Positions 40,358 through 53,620 of a DNA stretch of 64,000 nucleotides are shown here, piece by piece. The first letter of the stretch is position 1. Every line of letters begins with the position of its first letter. This DNA comes from Amoeboaphelidium protococcarum X5 (Eukaryota > Fungi > Aphelidiomycota): positions 1,943,608 through 2,007,607 of the forward strand of contig JALDTO010000266.1 of NCBI GenBank assembly GCA_023515725.1, read 5' to 3'. The notes under the pieces were generated by a model that saw nothing but the letters and a program-made list of their open reading frames with translations, was not told the origin of the DNA and searched no databases. A program made the position numbers and the translations under genes.

Positions 40358-42196
40358 TCATTTTTAAGCCACATTGTCGAAGTAGTAATTGCCCAGAGCT
40401 GCAATATAAGGAGGACGGATGGCACAATATCCAGCGCGATATTGAGCTCCACGAATATGCGATGGAACCGGTTGACTAAATTACTTCACCCAACTGTCAT
40501 ATGATATCAGACGGCAACATACCAGTTGTAAAATCACCAATGTCTTTTGGCAATGATATGCTAATCTTGCACATGCATTTGGCGTGATATCGTCGCAGTA
40601 AGAGAACTACGCAACCTACAGAATTTGAGATAAGTTGGAAACCGCAGCGGATAAGGATGCATCAGTGATTGAAGTTCCTGGAATCGAAAGAACCGTGATA
40701 GCACAGTGAGTAACCAAATAAATGATGCCTTCATCCGTGATAGCACTACATCCAGCCAAGTAAATATGCTTCAATGATGGACAGTGGTTTGCAATAGTGA
40801 TAACGGATTCATTCGTTATGTTGGTGCACTTTCCAAGATAGATTTCGCGTAAATTACAGGAGAATTTAGATCCTGCGATTAAATTATTAATACCACAGTT
40901 GGTAATATTGGACAATAATGTAAAATTCAGGCGTTTTAGATCAGTCAGTCCATGCAAAGACTAAAGCGCGTGATTGGTGAGCTGAGAACATTGATCCACG
41001 GATAGCTCTTCTAACTTTGTGCAATTCATAGCCAGCTTTTCTATAAACTCATCGGAAACTGACTGTATGCGATCCAGTTGCAAACTAACCAGATATCTAG
41101 AATTACGCGCGATTGCGTCGAGGCAGCAATCATTCAGATTAGTGCAATCACTAAGGTTGAGATTAACAAACAGGGTGGTGTCAAAAATGGAAGCGAAAAT
41201 ATCGGTCAAAATATTACGACATTACTTGAGGTGCAGATTCTTCAAATGCTCTAGTTTGAGAATTGATAAACTCGTTAGGTTGCCAGCATTTGAGCAGCCG
41301 TTCAGGTTCAAGTCCATTAATAGAGGAAGGCCGTTCACTGTGTGAGAGATCGCACGATCAGATAGCATAGGACAGAATTATAGCGAAAGTCTTCGTAAGG
41401 TATGTTACAGGAAATTCAATGGCAATTTCAATAGCAACTCATCGGTAATTTAAGCACAATAGCCTAAATCAATCGATTTGCAATGAGTTAGCAGAGGCAG
41501 AGTCAACCGAATATAGTGGCAAGGTAATTCGATATCATCATAAGCCTATGACGCGTTGTTGAAACATACGGAGAACATTCGGACTAAAGACGCGTGAGCA
41601 CCATTGGTATAAGACATTAAATCTTAAGATGCGCACTAATTCTTAGCAAAATCGACACCATTGTGTTGAGAATTGACAAAAGTTTCATGCACAGAGACGA
41701 ATGAGCTCTGACGCGACACAGCTTAGGATGAATCAATTGAAACAAAATCTTGATCGCCAATCAAACGAGACAGTTTTCGTTTCAAACCATTCTTGCCAAG
41801 GCCTGGACTTTGTTCAAGGCTTCCGATGTTGACTTGGTTATCAATACGGTATGGAACGTGACCGTTCATACACAAGACAAATTTCAAAAGTCGAACGTGT
41901 TAACCATAATACCAAGGAATATTGCTCTTATTTGACGTTTCAGATTAACACTGACATCCGTCAATCTGCTTACACAACTAACTCAAAGTCACTTCACGCC
42001 ACAGAATTCTCACTGCAACTTCAGACATTTAATGGTTCACACATAGTGCTACATATAGACACCTCTTGCAAAGATAGGCCAATATTTTGTTCAAAACTTC
42101 AACTGGAAGTTGATCTAGCATTTCAAAATGTGCAACACGTTCTAAATGTGTTTGTTTATATCGGAAAGAGAATGGAACGTGGCGTGCTGCTGTCAT
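40358..42196 (-). CDS. F-box / leucine-rich repeat protein (FBXL/Grr1-like); start uncertain
   Basis: F-box LDQLPVEVLNKILAYL followed by multiple Cys-containing LRRs (LxxLxLxxCxxITD). Confidence 0.88.
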
Positions 42197-42529
42197 GTTC
42201 AGATCTCGTTTCACATTGCATGTTTCACCCAAATCGTTTACCTGGCAGTATAAAACGGTGCTGTCGGTTTAAGATCCAAGTTGATCAGAGTATGATACGT
42301 TAATATGTAAAGATATATCACCGTAAGCTGTTTATACCTGTTAGATTGAAGAAAGCTCTACTATAAAACATTAATTGAATTAAAAGACCTAAATTTGGAA
42401 GGCGTAACAAGTCACTTGTTTTCGAATAATACGGATATACTGTACTACATAGTAGTGGCCTGCGTTAAATCGAATCTGCCTGCCACCATCATTCTCACGC
42501 GTCCCTTTCCGCAAACACGATCTCGAAAA

Positions 42530-43599
42530 ATGCCGTCTGTTTTGTCCATTCTGTAGGACGTCTACCAAGTGTGCAGTTAATTTTTTGCATGGAATGAACA
42601 GCACGTGCCTGCTGCTCAAGATGTATTTTCATATGAGAACTTGGCGCACCCTTTAAAGTTGAGTCTGATCTATGCTGGGTGTTACGGCCTTCTACATCTC
42701 GTGTCTTGCCAGTTGATTCATAGAGCCCTTGGCAAGAATAGGCTAGCTATGCTGTCCAATGTAGAAAAAGTATACCTTGTTGAAAAGTATGGTTTTTATT
42801 CCAATGAGTTGTTAATTGAATATTGATTAACAATCTGTGTAGAGTCTGCTCATCCGTCAACAGTTTGGTGACTGGGTTTGCTGGACTGCGCGCTGTACTT
42901 CCATTTCTGTTTGGTCAATAAATGCGTTATGTTCATACATTTGGAATTTTTCAGTACTATCCTGCCAGTCTGACTCATATACTTAGTTCATATGTTGGGT
43001 ATTCCATATATGATATGGCGGTTATGATGTTCCAGACATTCTATGATGAAGATTTGATTATGTGGGCCCATCACTTTGTGGGACTAATGGGTGCATTCCT
43101 AATGATGCTGTATAGAAGGGCGTCTTATTTCCCTGTGGCGTTTCTAATCAGTGAAATTACCGTGTTTCCAACCAACATTGTCTGGTACATCAAGACTTTG
43201 TAAAAGTGTGGGTACCGATTTAATCCGCTGATCCAGCATTAGGCTTACAATTTAAGAAATGTGAGCTTTTTGGTATTTAGAACTTTTCTGGCTCCCGTAT
43301 GTTTGTACTACGCGTGGACCTAGATTGATAACGCTATTGACTTGAAAGACGCTTTAAATAGCGGGGTTAGCCAGCTGGGATTTGATGACAAGATACAAAT
43401 CATCCTAAAATAAGCCCGCGAGCTTCCCCTCGTTGTTAGCGTTGGAACTGTATTTAATATGGCAACTCTAGGATGGATGAACTTTTATTGGACAATGATG
43501 GCTCTGAAAAGTGCACTCAAATCTCAAAAGAAGACGGAAGGTTCCCCAATAAAGTCCAACTACATGGAGACCATTAGTGGAGGCTTAAAAGACGAGTGA
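42530..43599 (+). CDS. TLC (TRAM/LAG1/CLN8) domain membrane protein; intron 42787-42842
   Basis: EKVCSSVN, GYSIYD, MWAHH, LISEITVFPTN, FLVFR, MNFYW. Confidence 0.88.
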
Positions 43600-44018
43600 T
43601 GAGGCCGCCTATTGAATAACTTCCTTTTCCCCCCTCTATTGCTAGTTTCATTTTTTTTTACTTAATACTGTACAATAAACTTGAATTAATGAACGACCGA
43701 AAAAGCCAATATAAGATCTATAGGTCACCACAAAGACCAATCCAAGAATGTCAATTGAATGAGGATGGGGAACGTTTGTGATTTGAACGATCGTTTCCAA
43801 AGCAATGGTTGTTGTTGAAACGATATCGCTGATGAGGCGTTTGTTGTTTCACATTCTTCTTGCCCAAACAGTGAATTGCCTCTCATCCACAGAAACACAT
43901 CGCCCGTCGTATTTGAGTCGATTCTCAGCGCTAGCTCGTCTCTCTTCCTTTCAACAACAACAACTTGTTTGAACATTAATTAATTAGTTAACAACAAACT
44001 TCTAATTACATCTGAATC

Positions 44019-44469
44019 ATGTCTTGGTAAACTTACGTCGACTAAAACCTTGTTGGTACTAAGAAAATTGCTAAGGGTGCTATCCATGGTCTTGATGGTA
44101 ACCCATGGGCTACCTCTGCTGGTCTGGCTGTAAGTTTATACCACTATTACTCTCATGTTCACATTATTCTTATATCTGTCTCTTTTCTTATATGTGTAGT
44201 TGAAGCCTCAGGAAGTTTAGGAGCTGATCAAGGGCTTCAAGGATGCTAACGCTCTGCGTGCTTCCGGTCTGAAGTTGAACGCTGTCAAGTACATCGTCAT
44301 CCGTGCTGATGACAGATCAATCTACGGCAAGCAGGGTACTGGTGGTGTTGTCTGCGTCAAGACCAAGTCTGCTGTGTTGATTGGCTTCTACGATGAGTCT
44401 GCTCAACCTGGTGAGGCTACCAAGGTTGTTGAGCAGTTGGCTGACTACTTGATCAGCGTCAACTACTGA
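44019..44469 (+). CDS. PFY1: Profilin; intron 44130-44199
   Basis: MSW[TAA]TYVD[TAA]NLVGT, KYIVIRADDRSIYGK, VEQLADYL. Confidence 0.97.
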
Positions 44470-44915
44470 GCCAGGCGATGTAGTGCTCATATGTGGTGGC
44501 CCCGGTCGTATTGAATGAATAATGAGAATATGAGTGGAATGAAGAAAATCTTTTAAAAACTTTGTATTATTTCTTAATAATTTCCCTTTCATTTGATATC
44601 ATCCCTTTACAGCAACTTATGGCGTTGCTTTACTTATACTTAATTTTGATACAATTAGCTTACCAAATCAAGAACCATGTGCGATTATAAAAAGAGAGTT
44701 TCAAAGCGGAGGCGCATTGAACTTTTTCGCTGAGAAATTCTCTCGCGCACGCCTTCACTCGGATAAGAATGAAGTAAGCAATCATCATCATCGACCAGTT
44801 TTTTCGACGAGACTTTTCATTGCGTCAGACTTCTTTATTCTTTTGAGTGAGTGATTGATTGAGAGATTATCTGCTGTTATTGGCAATACAATATTCATAG
44901 AGGTGTGTATAGAGA

Positions 44916-46631
44916 ATGAAGGCGATGTAAGACTCGGTTTTGAGTAGACTGAGCAAATTCAAGTCTGTCTGTCCATTCTTGAATAGAACTCCGATTGAGC
45001 AGCTGCGTTCCATGATGTAATGCCCGGTAAACGTTGGCGCTGCTACTGCCGCCGACTCTAGCCATGGCATGTAAAAGTGTACCAAGTGTCCATTTAATAG
45101 CGGCTGTTATGTGTCCGCCTCAGTTGCTGGCGAGATGGCACCGGCTCATCATCATCCTGTCGCCGAAGAGAGACCGTCAGTGCTGGCCGCGCTTGCCTCC
45201 TAAAAGTGTCCAGTGATGAAGACTGCATTTGAAGAAGCTGCGGCTAGTAATAGTTTCTAGGCTGGTGATTTATCTTCTGCGATAACTCTTGAGACTCCTC
45301 TATCTTATCAACGCAACGGCTTTAGTTATGATTAGTTCTTTAGTGAGTAGATTGATAATAAGAAGGCTGATGGTTCGTACCGCTACTTTTAAAAGATCAG
45401 TAGATTAGCTCAGGATGTACCTAATGCACAATATTCTAATAGCGAGGCGAAAAAAGTGACCGTTTGGTGCAGCAACGACTACTTGGGAATGTCGCGTCAT
45501 CCGAAGGTTGTGAAAGCAGTTCATGACGCGGTTGACCTGTATGGCACAGGCAGTGGAGGTACTCGTAACATTGCTGGTAACAATGAATTGCACTCCCGGT
45601 TAGAGCACAGTCTTGCCTCATTGCATCAGAAATAGTCTGCTCTGCTATTCAGTTCATGCTACGTGGCTAATGACTCCACCATCGCCACTATATGCAATAA
45701 ACTACCTGATTGTCTTATTCTCAGTGATTCAAGTAACCATGCTTCTATAATTCAAGGTATTCTGAGGAGCAAGAATGTGGAGAAGAAGGTGTTTCGTCAT
45801 AATGATGTTGAGCATTTGGAATAGTTGCTGTAGGAGCAGCCTGCGGAACGACCGAAGCTGATTATCTATGAGTCTGTATACTCCATGTGCGGATCTATTG
45901 GGCCTATTAGGGAGATCACCTAGTTGGCAAAGAAGTATGGCGCGCTGACTATGCTAGATGAAGTCCACGCTGTTGGAATGTATGGAGATAGCGGAGCCGG
46001 GGTCGCGCAGATAACTGGTGATATGGAGGATGTAGATATTATTAGTGGCACTCTGGGCAAGGCGTATGGATGTGTCGGCGGATACATTGCCGGAAGTCAC
46101 AATCTGGTTGATTTTATCAGATCATATGCTAGTGGATTCATTTTTACCACTTCTCTGCCTCCAGCTATTGTTAATGGAGCGCTTGCCAGTGTTGAGCATT
46201 TGAAATTGTCAAGTGAAGAGAGAATGTTGCAGCAGTACAATTCTGTTGCACTAAAGGCACGGCTCGCACATTATAAGATTCCAGTCATTCCGAATCCATC
46301 ACACATTGTGCCTGTTCTCATCGGTGATGCTCACAAGTCTTTCCAGGTATCGTAGTATTTGTTGGATGAGCACCAGATCTACGTGCAATCCATCAACTAT
46401 CCAACTGTTGCAAAAGGTACAGAGCGCCTGAGAATTACACCTGGACCTTTTCATTCTGAATCTGATATGGATCGTCTGGTGGATGCACTTTAGGATGTTT
46501 GGTAAAAGTTCGGATTGTAGTATTCGACAGACTATGAGCGCGTCATCTAGTCTAATGACATGCCTTTATAGATGAAGCCTTGGATGTCTCTTGGCTTAGG
46601 AGATGAAGTGCAACAGCTTGTGAAATGTTGA
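44916..46631 (+). CDS. HEM1: 5-aminolevulinate synthase, mitochondrial, 571 aa
   Basis: Four CP heme-regulatory motifs in the presequence, [39 protein letters not shown] (PLP-binding Lys). Confidence 0.96.
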
Positions 46632-46756
46632 GCGAATATTAAAATGTTTGAGTATAATGTGATCTTTAATTTGCATCGCTGATAACTTTCTTTTCACAAT
46701 TTGCTATTCTAACAATTGTATACTGTATAATTATAACGAAATTTATAGTGTTTAAC

Positions 46757-47326
46757 ATGGTCAACTTTCCGGCATTCAAGATTGGGCTTTTGCTTATTAA
46801 ATAGGTATCAAAGCCGATAGCATCATATGTGAAGAAGCAGGCTGCATAAAGGGAGGGATTCCGTCAGGTGATTATCAAATTTGCTTAAGGCTATCATAGA
46901 TTAGACGTAAGATTGAAGCGGCGACAAGCTGGCATAAATATATCTGGCGATTAATAACAAGTTAAAACGATGTAAGACTAAGGCTATAACTCTGAATAGT
47001 AACGGATAGCTGCTTAACAATATCAAGCGGGCATTAACGGTCAGTCGAGGAACTAACAATAACAACAACAATAGGCAAGCAGCGAAACGAAGAATCGCAT
47101 CCGCCCGCTGGAAGAGGGACGCGCAATTGAACTTGCTGCAAATCTCATTGGAGAGACGTTCATCTTCTCGGTGGCTGTCATGGTGGTCATTTTAGAGACT
47201 TATCGAAAGAAAGTGGACGATGATAAGAAGTAGCAGAATCTGATTGATCTTGAGCGTCGATTATCAGAGATGGAAAGTCGTGTCGCTGTACTCAGTGCAT
47301 CGTCAGCCTCGAACGGGTCAAAATGA
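46757..47326 (+). CDS. OPA3: OPA3-like mitochondrial protein, 189 aa
   Basis: FPAFKIGLLLIKQVSKPIA, IRPLEEGRAIELAANLIGETFIFSVA. Central Gln-rich insert. Confidence 0.9.
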
Positions 47327-47776
47327 AGATAATTTTGTGATTTATTATGCCTAGATATTTATTATCACATGGATGATATTTAATTTGCGCTATTTGTTTA
47401 TATTATTCTGGTACTTGAGTCACCTGAAAGTATGTTGTTATCGCTTTCATCGTAATGCATTGCACGAAACAACATCAGTTCTTCACCATCCTTTATCGTA
47501 CAATATCGCACTTTTAACTTAAGACTCAATATTGTCCGACATTGAATAAATTTGAGGCCCTTCAGCCATCTAAATGTTTAGTTAAAAGGATCAAGAATAT
47601 GTATATTGACGGATTGATTGATGCCCAGACAGCAGAGGTGGTAAAAATAGCCTCCGTTTAAACTTGTTTAATTTTAGAATTGCCTGTCTCTCTCTAAAAC
47701 AAAATCAAGTCACGTTCATCCCATCACATCTGCCTACTCTTTTTATTATCTATCAATTGCAGATCATTCTGAGTGA

Positions 47777-47800
47777 GTAAGTAAGTAAGTAAGTAAGTAA
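47777..47800. repeat. (GTAA)6 microsatellite
   Basis: Six tandem GTAA units ending 22 nt upstream of the cyclin Y-like ATG. Confidence 0.9.
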
Positions 47801-47822
47801 TACATATATAACTGCTATTAGT

Positions 47823-50800
47823 ATGAGCTAAGTGCAGTCAGAGTTTGATTAAACACGAAGAATGGCGTCGCGCGACCAAAGTGAAACAGAAAATACAGAC
47901 GACGGTATCAATGACCGTGTGGCGAAGCAACTATAAAATGATGACGTGTGCTAGAAGTTGGGTTAGATGCGCGTGGACTCTGAAGAGAGCTAATAATTTC
48001 TGGAGGTGGCAGAATCCATGCAGTCCATAGTATCTGATGCCTCAACTCCCCTCAACTTCTCTGCCACCTCAATTAACCTCGATGAAGATGGAGTCGAGAT
48101 TAAGAATGGATCACATGCACCTGATAATACATTGACATTGGACAATTACGCGATAATCAGCTTCGATGACAGCGATTAAAAGGGTTTGGATTTGATTTCG
48201 GTGTAGCCGAGCGCACGTAATAGTAGGCCAAGATCAATAACACTGCCGGATGGTAATGCAGATTTACAATTGGTGAAAGCCGCCCTGGAAGGACAGTCTA
48301 AATCCATTGGCAAATCAAAAGATGATGGCAGTGGCATACAAAAGTCTATGAAAATTGGTGGTGGTCTTCAATTGGATAAATCTGGGAAATCAACTCTGGT
48401 GGAAAAGTCTGCTAGTCATGATGCACTCAAATAGGCCAGTGCTGAGTCTAGTATTCAAACTGGTTATGGTGTGCTTGGCAGTGGTAATCATGCTAAAGGA
48501 CTTCAATCATCAGTATCTATAAGCAGTGTGGAAAAGCGAGAGACCAAGTCATTTGCCGGCTTTTTAAAGAAGTTGAAGAATAGGACCACATAGTAAAAGT
48601 ACAATGCTGCTTCTCTTGCTTCGGACTCTCTACATCCATTGACTAGACGCGACTCCAAGTAATCAGTGACTGACATGCTGAATGATCCATTGAGTGCATA
48701 CTACAGACAGAGAATCGATCAAGACAGGGACGTTACTGAGGTTTTGGACCTGTTGTAGAAGATGGTTAATTATCCTAAAAAGTATGAAAATTGGAGATCC
48801 CCCGTCATTGGTGATGAGATGTATATCACTGATATTCTTTTTTATGGCGATATAGAGGTTTTTAGTCGTCTCAGCCCATCTGTAAGTACAGCATCTAATT
48901 TGCATGAGTACGCGTCAAAGGTGTCCAGTGCTTCAAGAAGTTTATACACTGTAAATGATAATTCAGAGTCTAGTGGATCTAGCGGGCTATCTGCAAGCGC
49001 CGAATTTATTCCGGATCAATCTGATATGATAGACAATGCGTACTTGAATAAGTCAAAGAGTCTGAATGTCGACAACCAGGATGATTCCAATGTTTTCAAT
49101 CGATCATAGAGTCTGTTGAATTAGAGCTTTGCTACAGTTGCGTTGGCATCGTCCAGTAGCGATGTGCCTGTGTATTTAAGCGTGTCTCAGCCTTCACCAA
49201 AGTATCAGAATATGAAGTACAGATCGCTAGACTTGAGTACTAAGCTGGGCAATGATGTTAATGATTCTATCAGTGCTAGTATCTTAAAGTCCTCTGTGAA
49301 TAGCTCTCGTATGTCTGTCCGCACTTCTGTCGATTCTTCATTGTTACGCAGACAATCGTTGCTGAATTCTATGAAAGCACCAAAGCTTCCCAAGAAACCA
49401 GTTCCTACTAAGGGAATTAAAAGCAATTTGGACGACGTGAATTCCAGTAATAAGTCGCTGAAGAAATTTAATTCATGTACCACGCTTTTCAGTATAGACA
49501 ATAGTCTGTATACGTCCATTGGCAAGCCTGAGTATCTCGATGTGACTTTGAAAGTGTTTTCTTATGCTGTGTCTCAGCACTTGGAGAGAACATATGCATT
49601 TTGGAAGATTTTGAATCAGTTTGATGACACTAAGAAAAAGGCATCACGTAGAAGTAGTTCAGCGTCCGTCAGGCCTAATAGTCTTATGTCATCTCCAAAG
49701 TTGGGAGCCAAGTCGACGTTTCCAAAGGAAGTCAAGTTGCCGCCTAATCATGAACATCATCTCGCATCTAGGTGCTTTAAATCTGTTGATATATTCAGCG
49801 AAAAGTTGAATCCCTTGTGGAAAGTGCGTTACATTCCTGATGAAGTTTAGTAGCACCCAGAAATTATGTAACCTCCGACGCAGCAAGAATTGTATCATTT
49901 TCTGAAGCAGTTGTTCTATGCTGCAGATTTGACAGCAGAAGTTGCTATCGTGTCGCTGATTTACATGGAGCGATTGCTGGAGAAGACCAAGGTATCTTTG
50001 CATGGCCTGAACGTTTTCAGAGCTTTGTTATCCAGTGTTATGATGGCAGCAAAGATTTGGGATGATCAGGCTGTGTGGAATGTTGATTTCAAGACGATCA
50101 TGTAAGATTTGAAGCTATCCGGATTGAATCAGATGGAAAAGTGGTGGTTGAAGACTATCAATTGGAATATATCTGTAAAGAAGGCGCAGTTTGCGAGTTA
50201 TTGGTTTGAAATTCGAGAATGTGCCGAGAAAGAATTTGGTGATAGAGTAAAGTTGTTCAAGAATTAATAATCTGTTAATGTCGCGTAGAGTGGTTCAAAG
50301 TTCCCGACTAGTTTGGTGGAGGTGAACACGAAAAGGTAAAGTTAAGTATCTGCTGAGCTGCGCGCTGATCATCGGCGATTGTCTAAGCAGCTAAGTCAGA
50401 CCAAGGCTTTCCAAGATTAAGCTTCGAGTAATAGCTAAGGGATAAGGTCCGCGTCTCACAAGTCATTATCACGTAGTAGCACTTCATAATACGTGATTAA
50501 GAAGGCAACGACTGTACCAGAGGCTGAGCGTCAAAGTGATCCTCTCGTTCCCTCAAAGAGCTTAACTATCTCGATTGAAGTTGGTAGTTTTATAAAGCCT
50601 CTCACTGAACAACAGATGGAATAACTGGCCACAGCAACTACATATTCACAGACGAAGATTCGCTAGGATTTTAGCAATAATCTCAAAGCGCCGAGTAACA
50701 TGTCTAGCTAAGCGAGTAATTTGGATATAGCGAGACGGTCGTCCGCTATTAGCAGTGTGCATGTTAGCCATGGTGCGATCTCTCTGCATACCAGCAATTT

Positions 50801-51164
50801 TCCAGTCTATGGAAACGTATCTGAGAGGCTGTATGTCCCAGATCAGCAGTCGATGTTTGCAAAGCGTTTCAGTGTTGACTCCAAGATGCCTCAGTCAAAG
50901 CAAGATAATGTGCTGAATCACTACTTGCGCCCCTCTTCAGGTCATTAGAACAGAGAGAGCGGCATATCGAGAGAAAGTGTATCAGAAGAAGTGGCGTCAA
51001 ATGTGTCTGGCACGTAGAGAACGCTGAACGAGTGCGAAGAGAAACCTGTGTTAATGTCCAAACTAAATCAACACGTCGACATCAAGTGGGGCGGTAACAA
51101 CTTGAGACGCGCTAAAAGTGACAATATATTCCTCCCTGCGATCCCGGCTGCAAGTGTCATTTGA
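47823..51164 (+). CDS. Cyclin Y-like protein with long Ser-rich extensions, 1113 aa
   Basis: KKFNSCTTLF, DIFSEKLNPL, LFYAADLTAEVAIVSLIYMERLL, AAKIWDDQAVWNVDF, C-terminal RRAKSDN. Confidence 0.85.
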
Positions 51165-51426
51165 TAACAGAGTATTCATATGTACTGTATAGACAATAGA
51201 ATTTTTCATTTAATAACACAATTGTTAATTTGATCTTTAGTTGTTGGTAAGACATGAAATGTATAACAGGTTACTACAATTTTGTAAGACTATACCGTTA
51301 AATTTCACTGCAGATCGATCGCTGAGTTTAAACTAAATTTCACACACGCGATTAGGTCCTCTTTTACCTTATCTGTAAATTAAAAGCGCCTAACTTAAAG
51401 GTATAAGTAAAGAAATTATATTAATC

Positions 51427-53342
51427 ATGTGTGGAATATTTGCAGTATTTGGGTATAAGGACGATCCTGTGCAATTAAGACAGAAAGCTGTTCAGTTATC
51501 CAAGCGGTATTTCATAGATCTAGAACACCGGGTAGTTATAATAACATAACGATTAAAGTGTGTAGAATTCGTCATAGAGGACCAGATTGGAGCGGTGTGA
51601 ACTAGTTGAGTAGCGCTGATGGAAAGTCTCATCATATCATCTGTCACGAAAGATTAGCCATTGTCGGTGTCGTTAGTGGAGCGCAGCCTCTGGTCAGCGA
51701 TGATGGATACGTTGTGCTGTGTGTTAATGGAGAAATTTACAATCACATTGCACTGCAAGATATGCTGATTGCCAAACGCTTGAAAGAGGGCCGACCTGAG
51801 CCTCAATTCACCACTGGTAGTGATTGTGAGGTTATCATGTATTTGTGGGAGGATTTCGGATTGGATATGCTGTCCATGTTGGATGGTATGTTTGCCTTTG
51901 TTCTCTACGATAAACGTGAGGATAGATACATTGCCGCGCGTGATGCTATCGGTGTAATCCCTCTGTATCAAGGCAGAAGTATGGTTGATGGATCTGTTTG
52001 GTTCTCCAGCGAGATGAAGACGATTTATGAAGATACTGCTTATTCTGGTGTTGGCTCTTCTTCATAAAAGGATTCCTTAATCTTTGCATTTGAACCTGGT
52101 TGTGTCTATGACTCTTAGAATGCTCAGGTAACTCGTTGGTTTAGTCCGGACTGGTTCAGTGTGGACTTTAAGCCTCCAGCTGCACCCGCAGATTGTCTGT
52201 CTGCAGATGGTAGTGTTGTCAAATTTCCACCTACATTATTATCCAAGTTGAAAGAGACTTTGGAGAGAAGTGTGGAGATGCACATGATGGCAGAGGTTCC
52301 TTATGGTGTTCTACTCAGTGGTGGATTGGATAGTTCTCTGATTGCTTCCATTGCTGCCAGATTGAACAATAGACTATCACATGCGAAGTCTCCGGTTATC
52401 AGCGAGCGAATGTCTTGGGGAAATAAGCTGCATTCGTTCTCTATTGGATTGAAGGATTCACCTGATCTACTGGCTGCCAGATAAGTGGCAAAGCATATAA
52501 AGACGCGTCATTTCGAGTTCAACTTCACCATAGATGAAGGATTGGATGCTATTCGCGATGTCATCTACCACTTGGAAACTTACGATGTCACAACAATTAG
52601 AGCGTCCACACCGATGTACTTATTGAGTAGAAAGATCAAGGCGATGGGTGTGAAGATGGTGCTGTCCGGAGAGGGAGCAGATGAGATGTTTGGCGGTTAC
52701 TTGTACTTTCACGATGCTCCGGATGATCATTCTCTGCATCAGGAGACTGTGGCCAGAGTCAAGTTGCTGCACACCAGCGATTGTCTTCGTGCAAATAAGA
52801 GTACGATGGCGTGGGGTCTCGAGGCGAGGGTGCCATTCTTGACGAACAAGGACTTTCTGCAGTTTGTGATGGCTGAGATTCCAGCAGAGTTTAAACATCC
52901 GCGATTGACTCCGAAGCATATTGAGAAGGAGATTCTGAGATAGGCTTTCGATGTTGAAGAGGATGATGGCAATGGCTATGTTACTCCATATCTACCTAAG
53001 GATATCTTGTGGAGATAGAAGGAGCAGTTTAGTGATGGTGTTGGATACAGTTGGATCGACACTCTACGTGATAATATTGGACAGTCTGTCAGCGAGTAGT
53101 AGTGGTAAGATCGCGCTCAATTGTTCCCGTACAATACTCCAACAACCAGGGAAGCTTTCCATTATCGCCAGGTATTTGAAGATCTGTTCTGTTAGCCAAG
53201 CGGCTCTGTGTCTGAAGATATGGTGAAAGCTGGCAAGTTGGATGTCCTCAAAACCGTGGTCAAGTGGATTCCGCGTAAGGATTGGGGCTGTGCTGAAGAT
53301 CCATCCGGAAGAGCGTAGAAGAGCCACCAGAAGAAGATATGA
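51427..53342 (+). CDS. ASNS: Asparagine synthetase (glutamine-hydrolysing); intron 51507-51565
   Basis: [47 protein letters not shown][TAG]KEQFSDGVG. Confidence 0.97.
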
Positions 53343-53620
53343 ATATACACATGATCTTCAGTGTATTTAAGTAAAGTATTACTCTATTATTATCACATTA
53401 TTTTACCATGGATCTTCCCATTGTGATCACCTCCGGCTATAAGTGTCTTCTCTTCTTTCAGTGTCCGCCTATTGCTTCTTATGGAAAATCTCTTCATCGC
53501 TGCGATGAGATCGGCTTTGTCGTTCGTCTTCATAACTTCTCCTTTTAACACCTAATTGGATCATTGAATTGGTCTTTATAACAAAGAAACACAACATTTA
53601 TAATTTAGATTTCATGTGCA

